Positions 1 through 4,639 are shown, counted from the stretch's first letter. The stretch is DNA of 4,639 nt from a virus (IMGVR_UViG_2548876857_000004); one strand, 5' to 3'. Program-made: numbers and translations. The notes: generated by a model from the sequence alone, not told the origin.

Positions 1-86
1 TGGAATATATTTTAAAAGAGAATAAAAATTGCAATATGTGGTGGACCCATACATTCTGTTGTTTATGCCAAAGATAAAGGCTACCA

Positions 87-287
87 TCAGGCAGCCTTGT
101 TGTTCTGTTTGTCAAGTTCTCTGGCAATCATTGCCGTCGTTCGTATTGCCCATTTATCGACATATTTCCCATCTTCCATTACAGGAAACATTTCTTCAGG
201 CATAACCATGCATTCCGATTGCAGCTTGCATCCATTGCATCGTTTGAATTGTCCACACCATTGATTTGTATCAATAGTCGTATTCAT
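87..287 (-). CDS. ral: Ral-like restriction alleviation (anti-restriction) protein, 66 aa
   Basis: 66-aa ORF, the length of lambda Ral, and the sequence matches my recollection of Ral. Four-cysteine cluster (WCGQFKRCNGCKLQSEC). Lies left of sieB and N as in lambda. Weak RBS, possibly translationally coupled to the overlapping micro-ORF upstream. Not verified by search. Confidence 0.6.
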   Translation of the reverse strand: MNTTIDTNQWCGQFKRCNGCKLQSECMVMPEEMFPVMEDGKYVDKWAIRTTAMIARELDKQNNKAA

Positions 288-357
288 ACGGATAGTCCTG
301 GTATTGTTCCATCACATCCTGAGGATGCTCTTCGAACTCTTCAAATTCTTCTTCCAT
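271..357 (-). CDS. 28-codon acidic micro-ORF (MEEEFEEFEEHPQDVMEQYQDYPYEYDY), recalls lambda orf28
   Basis: ATG at 357..355 (minus), TGA at 273..271. Overlaps the ral start by 17 nt in another frame. Absent from the supplied ORF track because it is short. Highly acidic, low-complexity product. Lambda has an annotated 28-codon ORF near ral, from memory. Confidence 0.3.
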   Translation of the reverse strand: MEEEFEEFEEHPQDVMEQYQDYPYEYDY

Positions 358-428
358 ATATCATCTTAAATAGTGGATTGCGGTAGTAAAGATTGTGCCT
401 GTCTTTTAACCACATCAGGCTCGGTGGT

Positions 429-484
429 TCTCATGTACCCCTACAGCGAGAAATCGGATAAACTCTATTCACCCCTACAGAGAG
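429..484. repeat. Two direct copies of ACCCCTACAG[C/A]GAG (437-450 and 471-484), 34 bp apart, with partial upstream flank similarity (TCTCATGT / TCTATTC)
   Basis: Read directly from the sequence. Located 17-64 bp upstream of the sieB start codon, in the ral/sieB divergent intergenic region. Confidence 0.6.
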
Positions 485-500
485 CAAAAGAGAAACGCCG

Positions 501-1082
501 ATGAACAACTCATGGTGGCAGGAACTAATGCATTTTTTCCTGCAAGGAATGACACTTAAACAGTTGATTCATATGCTAATCATCCTGATCATATTGATTA
601 TTGTTATGCCGGTAAGCGTAAAAGAATGGATAAACCTGCATAATCCAGAAATCCTTCCTCATTACTGGATGTATTACATCCTGTTGTTTTGCGTTAGCTA
701 TGTGCTTAACGGCGTTGTTAATTCCGCTTATCACGCTGTGACTGAAAGAATTGAGGTATCCGCTGCTCAGAAGCGCAAATCTAAAGAAGAAAAATATGTG
801 CAAGATTTGTTTGATTCATTAACTCTTGGAGAAAGAGCGTATTTGGCATTCGCTGTAGCCGCTAATAACCAGCTACAAACGGAAAAGGGAGCTCATGAAT
901 CAATTTCATTGCTCAAAAAAGGACTCCTCGTTCGAAGGCCTCCTGCTGTTGGATATCCTGATACCGACCGTTTCGTTATCCCTGAAAGCTATAGACATGA
1001 GTGCTACATTAGGTTTGCCGGGAAGGCAGACAGCCTTATGGATGAACTTATCGCTCAGGATAAGCATGGCAAAAACAAGTAA
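501..1082 (+). CDS. sieB: SieB-like superinfection exclusion protein, 193 aa
   Basis: N-terminus MNNSWWQELM...LIHMLIILIILIIV matches my recollection of lambda/P22 SieB. Two hydrophobic, probably membrane-spanning segments (aa ~22-37 and ~56-73) followed by a charged C-terminal domain. Oriented opposite to the PL operon and convergent with N (16 bp between stop codons). Weak RBS. Confidence 0.7.
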   Translation: MNNSWWQELMHFFLQGMTLKQLIHMLIILIILIIVMPVSVKEWINLHNPEILPHYWMYYILLFCVSYVLNGVVNSAYHAVTERIEVSAAQKRKSKEEKYVQDLFDSLTLGERAYLAFAVAANNQLQTEKGAHESISLLKKGLLVRRPPAVGYPDTDRFVIPESYRHECYIRFAGKADSLMDELIAQDKHGKNK

Positions 1083-1098
1083 TTAGCAAATGAATTTA

Positions 1099-1371
1099 TC
1101 ATCTCGCCGTCAGTTGTTTTGATTTCCGGTAGCCTGCCGCGTAAATGGCTACGTTTGGCAGGCAAATACTTCCACTGCATTCATCTGCCTTCTTGCAGAG
1201 AAGGCTTCCGAGTGATGCTGCTTTGTCTGCTCTGACGCAACCAGAGAGCTTTAGCGCAATTTTTCGCGCCAGTCGCTGTTCTTGCATTGCCTGCTCACGT
1301 TGAGCCTGTCTGCGTGCTCTGCGGCGATTTCTGGCGTTATCGTCAGCCAGATATGTAATGACTACTGCCAT
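1099..1371 (-). CDS. N-type transcription antitermination protein, 90 aa (not lambda N; possibly P22 gene 24-like)
   Basis: Arginine-rich motif near the N-terminus (NARNRRRARRQAQREQA), typical of N-family boxB RNA-binding proteins. First gene downstream of PL/nutL on the minus strand. Strong SD (GGAGG, plus 1378-1382) 6 nt before the ATG. Confidence 0.7.
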   Translation of the reverse strand: MAVVITYLADDNARNRRRARRQAQREQAMQEQRLARKIALKLSGCVRADKAASLGSLLCKKADECSGSICLPNVAIYAAGYRKSKQLTAR

Positions 1372-1479
1372 GTTGACCTCCGATGATTGACTTTGGCGGT
1401 GATGCGCCGGGTGCTTATCTTCCGGTTGCCGTCGTGCAGCTGCACTTCACGTCACCCCAAAGCCAACTACTCTTTGGTT

Positions 1480-1519
1480 CCCGCATTTCGGCGGGACAAT
1501 CCCATCAATGTTAAAGAGC
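1480..1519 (-). promoter_or_regulatory. nutL: boxA (GCTCTTTAACA, plus 1509-1519) and boxB hairpin (CCCGC-CGAAAT-GCGGG, plus 1480-1495) on the minus strand
   Basis: Minus-strand sequence matches the boxA consensus (CGCTCTTTAACA-like), followed 13 nt later by a 5-bp GC stem with purine-rich loop. Identical boxA and boxB sequences recur on the plus strand downstream of cro (nutR). Confidence 0.7.
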
Positions 1520-1562
1520 CTGCCAATCTGTTCCGTTTGGCTACCAGCGTCCTGCTGATGAC

Positions 1563-1649
1563 TTAAATTTAAGATTTCTTTAATTATTGGTCAAGGGTGT
1601 TTTTGAAGAAAACTTAAATTTTATTGCGAAGTTTAAGTTTTGCTTTGAT
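1563..1649 (-). promoter_or_regulatory. OL/PL region: operator-like 18-mers (plus 1567-1584 ATTTAAGATTTCTTTAAT; 1602-1619; ~1631-1649) and candidate PL (-35 TTGACC plus 1594..1589; -10 TAAATT ~plus 1571..1566)
   Basis: The 18-mer at 1567-1584 differs from the OR1-like site (2383-2400, ATTTAAGTGTTCTTTAAT) at 3 positions. The minus-strand reading of 1602-1619 (ATTTAAGTTTTCTTCAAA) is also OR1-like. A sigma70-like -35/-10 pair with 17-bp spacer is oriented toward N. Exact operator and promoter boundaries are uncertain. Confidence 0.55.
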
Positions 1650-1660
1650 TTTTAAAGGAA

Positions 1661-1683
1661 AGAAAAAAAGGGGCGAATGCCCC
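1661..1683 (-). terminator. Rho-independent terminator for the repressor transcript
   Basis: On the minus strand: GGGGC-AUUC-GCCCC hairpin (plus 1670-1683) followed immediately by UUUUUUUCUUU (plus 1669..1659). The hairpin directly abuts the cI stop codon (plus 1684-1686). Confidence 0.7.
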
Positions 1684-2334
1684 TTATGGAAGGTTTGCTA
1701 TTTTTGCATCGACAACTACACCGATGATTTTGCAGTTCCCGTTGATCTCAATCATCGGATATTGTGGGTTAAGTGGTTTTAGAAACCTTCTGCCAGCATC
1801 AATAACTAACTTCTTGAAAGTTGCCTCGTTTTCTCCTTCGAGCTTTGCCACTACCAGCTTCCCATTACGAGGTTCTACTTCAGGATCGACTAGTATTATC
1901 ATCCCTTCCGGGATGCTAAGACCGGCTGGAGCCGTCATCGAATCACCCTTTACGTCCAGCCAAAACGAATCTTCTGAACAATCTACGGTTGTATCGTACC
2001 AGTTATCTATTGCACGCTTATGATATGGCTCTACAGCTTCCATCCAACATCCTGCGCTTACCCAACTAATTAGAGGATACGAACCTCTTGGATCATGCCT
2101 GCTGTGATAGGCAATGTTTGAAAGACTATCTTCTCCTTTCAACAAGTAATCAGGGGAGCACTGTAAAGCCTTGGCTAAAGCCAATAGGTTTTCGCCATTG
2201 GGCTCAGTTTCAGAACGCTCCCATTGGGAAATAGCAACATTAGACACGCCAACCATCTTGCCAAGGGCAGCCTGCCTAATCTTAAGTTCTTTTCTGCGAG
2301 CGCGAATACGCTCACCCATCAGTTGTGTATTCAT
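1684..2334 (-). CDS. c2: CI-type prophage repressor, 216 aa (HTH plus LexA-like S24 self-cleaving domain), closely resembling P22 C2
   Basis: Length and sequence match my recollection of P22 c2 repressor. N-terminal HTH (QAALGKMVGVSNVAISQWER). Ala-Gly cleavage site (VSAGCW, A94-G95), catalytic Ser in GDSMTAP (S132) and Lys in TFKKL (K174/175). Divergent from cro across an operator region. Confidence 0.95.
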   Translation of the reverse strand: MNTQLMGERIRARRKELKIRQAALGKMVGVSNVAISQWERSETEPNGENLLALAKALQCSPDYLLKGEDSLSNIAYHSRHDPRGSYPLISWVSAGCWMEAVEPYHKRAIDNWYDTTVDCSEDSFWLDVKGDSMTAPAGLSIPEGMIILVDPEVEPRNGKLVVAKLEGENEATFKKLVIDAGRRFLKPLNPQYPMIEINGNCKIIGVVVDAKIANLP

Positions 2335-2400
2335 AGTTAAGACATCTTAAATAAACTTGACTTAAGATTCCTTTGATAGATAATTTAAGTGTTCTTTAAT
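2335..2400. promoter_or_regulatory. OR: three 18-bp operator-like sites (OR3 2335-2352 AGTTAAGACATCTTAAAT; OR2 2360-2377 ACTTAAGATTCCTTTGAT; OR1 2383-2400 ATTTAAGTGTTCTTTAAT) with PR (-35 TTGACT 2357-2362, -10 GATAAT 2379-2384) and divergent PRM
   Basis: Imperfect palindromes with TTAAG / CTTAA half-sites spaced 23-25 bp centre to centre. Consensus sigma70 hexamers with 16-bp spacer point toward cro. OR3 abuts the cI ATG, suggesting a leaderless or near-leaderless PRM transcript as in lambda. PRM hexamers not confidently placed. Confidence 0.75.
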
Positions 2401-2414
2401 TTCGGAGCGAGTCT

Positions 2415-2600
2415 ATGTACAAGAAAGATGTTATCGACCACTTCGGAACCCAGCGTGCGGTAGCTAAAGCGTTAGGCATTAGCGATGCAGCAGTCTCTCA
2501 GTGGAAGGAAGTCATCCCAGAGAAAGACGCCTATCGACTGGAAGTCGTTACAGCTGGCGCCCTGAAGTATCAAGAAAGTGCTTATCGCAAAGCGGCATAA
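2415..2600 (+). CDS. cro: Cro repressor, 61 aa (P22 Cro-like)
   Basis: 61-aa ORF immediately downstream of PR/OR1. SD GGAG at 2403-2406. HTH-like segment QRAVAKALGISDAAVSQW. Sequence matches my recollection of P22 Cro. Confidence 0.9.
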   Translation: MYKKDVIDHFGTQRAVAKALGISDAAVSQWKEVIPEKDAYRLEVVTAGALKYQESAYRKAA

Positions 2601-2607
2601 GCAAATT

Positions 2608-2649
2608 GCTCTTTAACAGTCATGGTCCTTATTCCCGCCGAAATGCGGG
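2608..2649 (+). promoter_or_regulatory. nutR: boxA (GCTCTTTAACA, 2608-2618) and boxB hairpin (CCCGC-CGAAAT-GCGGG, 2634-2649)
   Basis: Sequence identical to the nutL boxA and boxB elements found on the minus strand at 1480-1519. Positioned between cro and the cII-like gene as in lambdoid phages. Confidence 0.7.
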
Positions 2650-2708
2650 AATACAACGCGCATCAGTTGGTGCGTATAACTTCTTATTTGTTAAGGAAAT
2701 ACTTACAT

Positions 2709-2987
2709 ATGCAACTTACAAGTACTCGCAAGAAAGCGAATGCAATCACAAGCAACATCCTGAATCGAATTGCTGTACGTGGTCAGCGAAAGGTTGCTGA
2801 TGCATTAGGGATTAATGAATCGCAAATTTCGCGATGGAAAGACAGCTTTATCCCAAAGATGGCCATGCTTCTGGCTGTGCTGGAGTGGGGTGTTGAAGAC
2901 GAGGAATTAGCAAAGCTAGCAAAGAAAGTAGCCATGGTGCTGACAAAAGAAAAGCCTCAAGACTGCTGCAACAGTTTTGAGGCCTGA
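2709..2987 (+). CDS. c1: CII-type transcriptional activator, 92 aa (P22 C1-like)
   Basis: Shares with lambda CII the HTH and core GxxxSQISRWK...IPK...MLLAVLEWGV (recalled). Preferred start is ATG 2709 (SD AAGGAAA at 2692-2698), not the upstream in-frame ATG 2622 of the 121-aa track ORF, which would read through nutR boxB. The 92-aa length equals that of P22 C1. Confidence 0.8.
   Translation: MQLTSTRKKANAITSNILNRIAVRGQRKVADALGINESQISRWKDSFIPKMAMLLAVLEWGVEDEELAKLAKKVAMVLTKEKPQDCCNSFEA
2742..2755 (-). promoter_or_regulatory. Candidate CII/C1 binding site (TTGC-N6-TTGC on minus strand), putative PRE core
   Basis: Plus strand reads GCAA-TCACAA-GCAA, i.e. TTGC-TTGTGA-TTGC on the minus strand, inside the 5' part of the cII-like ORF and oriented toward cro/cI as expected for PRE. 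No clear -10 hexamer, as expected for an activator-dependent promoter. Confidence 0.4.
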
Positions 2988-3012
2988 TGTAGAAAGACTG
3001 GATCAATCCACA
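2944..3012 (-). ncRNA. oop: oop-like antisense RNA (terminator hairpin plus 2954-2983 with U-tract; candidate promoter PO -10 CATAAT plus 3024..3019, -35 TTGAGT plus 3047..3042)
   Basis: Minus strand: GCCUCAA...UUGAGGC stem (with inner ACUG/CAGU pairing) followed by UUUUCUUUUG, overlapping the 3' end of the cII-like gene. A sigma70-like promoter with 17-bp spacer sits in the first codons of O, pointing leftward. The arrangement mirrors lambda oop. Transcript ends are estimates. Confidence 0.45.
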
Positions 3013-3021
3013 GGAGTCATT

Positions 3022-3921
3022 ATGACAAATACAGCAAAAATACTCAACTTCGGCAGAGGTAACTTTGCCGGACAGGAGCGTAATGTGGCAGATCTCGATG
3101 ATGGTTACGCCAGACTATCAAATATGCTGCTTGAGGCTTATTCGGGCGCAGATCTGACCAAGCGACAGTTTAAAGTGCTGCTTGCCATTCTGCGTAAAAC
3201 CTATGGGTGGAATAAACCAATGGACAGAATCACCGATTCTCAACTTAGCGAGATTACAAAGTTACCTGTCAAACGGTGCAATGAAGCCAAGTTAGAACTC
3301 GTCAGAATGAATATTATCAAGCAGCAAGGCGGCATGTTTGGACCAAATAAAAACATCTCAGAATGGTGTATCCCTCAAAACGAGGGAAAATCCCCTAAAA
3401 CGAGGGATAAAACATCCCTCAAATTGGGGGATTACTATCCCTCAAAACAGGGGGACACAAAAGACACTATTACAAAAGAAAAAAGAAAAGATTATTCGTC
3501 CGAGAATTCTGGCGAATCCTCTGACCAGCCAGAAAACGATCTTTCTGTGGTTAAACCGGATGCTGCAATTCAGAGCGGCAGCAAGTGGGGAACAGCAGAA
3601 GACCTGACCGCCGCAGAGTGGATGTTTGACATGGTGAAGACCATCGCACCATCAGCCAGAAAACCGAATTTTGCAGGGTGGGCTAACGATATCCGCCTGA
3701 TGCGTGAACGTGACGGACGTAACCACCGCGACATGTGCGTGCTGTTCCGCTGGGCATGCCAGGACAACTTCTGGTCCGGTAACGTGCTAAGTCCGGCCAA
3801 ACTCCGCGACAAGTGGACCCAACTCGAAATCAACCGTAACAAGCAACAGGCTGGCGTGACAGCTGGAAAACCAAAACTCGACCTGACAAACACTGACTGG
3901 ATTTACGGGGTGGATTTATGA
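3022..3921 (+). CDS. O: Replication initiator O (lambda O-like), 299 aa
   Basis: MTNTAKILNFGRGNFAGQERNVADLDDGYARL... matches my recollection of lambda O. SD AGGAG at 3010-3014, 7 nt before ATG 3022. The track ORF from 2977 is an upstream in-frame extension without an SD. Contains the ori iterons internally. Stop overlaps the P start (ATGA). Confidence 0.95.
   Translation: MTNTAKILNFGRGNFAGQERNVADLDDGYARLSNMLLEAYSGADLTKRQFKVLLAILRKTYGWNKPMDRITDSQLSEITKLPVKRCNEAKLELVRMNIIKQQGGMFGPNKNISEWCIPQNEGKSPKTRDKTSLKLGDYYPSKQGDTKDTITKEKRKDYSSENSGESSDQPENDLSVVKPDAAIQSGSKWGTAEDLTAAEWMFDMVKTIAPSARKPNFAGWANDIRLMRERDGRNHRDMCVLFRWACQDNFWSGNVLSPAKLRDKWTQLEINRNKQQAGVTAGKPKLDLTNTDWIYGVDL
3371..3500. repeat. Replication origin: four ~18-19 bp iterons (3371-3388, 3391-3408, 3415-3432, 3438-3456), each an inverted repeat TCCCTC...GAGGGA, followed by an AT-rich tract (3457-3500)
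   Basis: Four tandem copies of tccctcaaaacgaggga-like sequence at 20-24 bp spacing, then acaaaagacactattacaaaagaaaaaagaaaagattatt. This is the classical ori-lambda architecture inside gene O. Confidence 0.9.
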
Positions 3922-4619
3922 AAAACATCGCCGCACAGATGGTTAACTTTGACCGTGAGCAGATGCGTCGGATCGCCAACAACATGCCGGAACAGTACGA
4001 CGAAAAGCCGCAGGTACAACAGGTAGCGCAGATCATCAACGGTGTGTTCAGCCAGTTACTGGCAACTTTCCCGGCGAGTCTGGCTAACCGGGACCAGAAC
4101 GAACTGAATGAAATCCGCCGCCAGTGGGTTCTGGCTTTCCGGGAAAACGGGATCACCTCGATGGAACAGGTTAACGCAGGAATGCGCGTAGCCCGTCGGC
4201 AGAATCGACCATTTCTTCCATCACCCGGGCAGTTTGTTGCATGGTGCCGGGAAGAAGCATCCGTTATCGCCGGACTGCCAAACGTCAGCGATCTGGTTGA
4301 TATGGTTTACGAGTATTGCCGGAAGCGAGGCCTGTATCCGGATGCAGAGTCTTATCCGTGGAAATCGAACGCGCACTACTGGCTGGTTACCAACCTGTAC
4401 CAGAACATGCGGGCCAATGCGCTGACTGACGCGGAATTACGACGCAAGGCTGCCGATGAACTGACCTGTATGACAGCGCGAATTAACCGTGGTGAGACGA
4501 TACCTGAACCAGTAAAACAACTTCCTGTCATGGGCGGCAGACCTCTAAATCGTGTTCAGGCGCTGGCGAAGATCGCAGAAATTAAAGCTAAGTTCGGACT
4601 GAAAGGAGCAAGTGTATGA
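3918..4619 (+). CDS. P: Replication protein P (lambda P-like DnaB helicase loader), 233 aa
   Basis: MKNIAAQMVNFDREQMRRIANNMPEQYDEKPQVQQ... matches my recollection of lambda P, and the 233-aa length agrees. Start overlaps the O stop (ATGA at 3918-3921). Confidence 0.95.
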   Translation: MKNIAAQMVNFDREQMRRIANNMPEQYDEKPQVQQVAQIINGVFSQLLATFPASLANRDQNELNEIRRQWVLAFRENGITSMEQVNAGMRVARRQNRPFLPSPGQFVAWCREEASVIAGLPNVSDLVDMVYEYCRKRGLYPDAESYPWKSNAHYWLVTNLYQNMRANALTDAELRRKAADELTCMTARINRGETIPEPVKQLPVMGGRPLNRVQALAKIAEIKAKFGLKGASV

Positions 4620-4639
4620 CGGGCAAAGAGGCAATTATT
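4616..4639 (+). CDS. ren: 5' end of ren-like gene (truncated by window end)
   Basis: ATG at 4616 overlaps the P stop codon (GTATGA). First codons MTGKEAII match my recollection of the lambda Ren N-terminus. Only 8 codons are visible. Confidence 0.4.

Noticed and set aside
360-436. Possible sieB promoter hexamers or a weak hairpin (ACCAC...GTGGT) in the ral/sieB intergenic region
   Set aside because: I could not find a convincing -35/-10 pair with proper spacing or a stable hairpin with a U-tract. A sieB promoter probably exists here but cannot be placed from sequence alone.
576-803. 75-aa minus-strand ORF antisense to sieB
   Set aside because: Fully embedded antisense within a better-supported gene. 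Low-complexity product with no start context. Likely a spurious frame.
895-1086. 63-aa plus-strand ORF overlapping the sieB 3' region in another frame
   Set aside because: Out-of-frame overlap with sieB and no RBS. Most likely non-coding.
1724-2023. 99-aa plus-strand ORF antisense to the repressor gene
   Set aside because: Lies entirely inside the high-confidence cI gene on the opposite strand. Ser/Thr-rich, low-complexity translation.
2622-2708. N-terminal extension of the cII-like ORF (121-aa version starting at ATG 2622)
   Set aside because: The extension would be translated through the nutR boxB hairpin and lacks an SD. ATG 2709 has a good SD (AAGGAAA) and gives a 92-aa product matching the CII/C1 family size.
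2501-2800. 99-aa plus-strand ORF spanning the cro 3' end, nutR and the cII-like 5' end
   Set aside because: Alternative frame crossing two confident genes and the nut site. No support.
2977-3021. N-terminal extension of O (314-aa version starting at ATG 2977)
   Set aside because: It overlaps the cII-like stop and the oop-like terminator hairpin and has no SD. ATG 3022 is preceded by AGGAG and gives the canonical MTNTAKILNF start.
3338-3607. 89-aa alternative-frame ORF inside O
   Set aside because: Overlaps the ori iterons and AT-rich tract within O. A frame artefact of the repetitive sequence.
3570-4156. Two minus-strand ORFs (107 aa and 108 aa) antisense to the O/P junction
   Set aside because: Antisense to well-supported O and P. 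Arg/Ser-rich translations typical of the reverse frames of GC-richer coding DNA.
4234-4425. 63-aa plus-strand ORF inside P in another frame
   Set aside because: Embedded out-of-frame in P with no independent start signals.

Overview
This window reads as the early control and replication region of a lambdoid (lambda/P22-family) prophage or phage, not an undescribed system. Left to right: ral-like anti-restriction gene (-), a 28-codon acidic micro-ORF (-), sieB-like superinfection-exclusion gene (+), N-type antiterminator (-), nutL, OL/PL, a LexA-like CI repressor closely resembling P22 C2 (-) with its own terminator, a tripartite OR with PR/PRM, cro (+), nutR, a CII-type activator resembling P22 C1 (+), an oop-like antisense terminator, then lambda-type O (with four ori iterons and an AT-rich tract inside the gene), P, and the first codons of ren. 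The immunity core looks P22-like while the flanks (ral/sieB, O/P/ren) look lambda-like, so the region is mosaic (an imm22-type arrangement). All family assignments rest on recall of protein and site sequences plus motifs visible in the sequence; no database search was possible. The defence-relevant content is known biology: SieB exclusion, Ral restriction alleviation and repressor immunity. The only mildly unexplained items are a direct repeat upstream of sieB, the micro-ORF overlapping ral, and a possible truncated ORF at the left edge.
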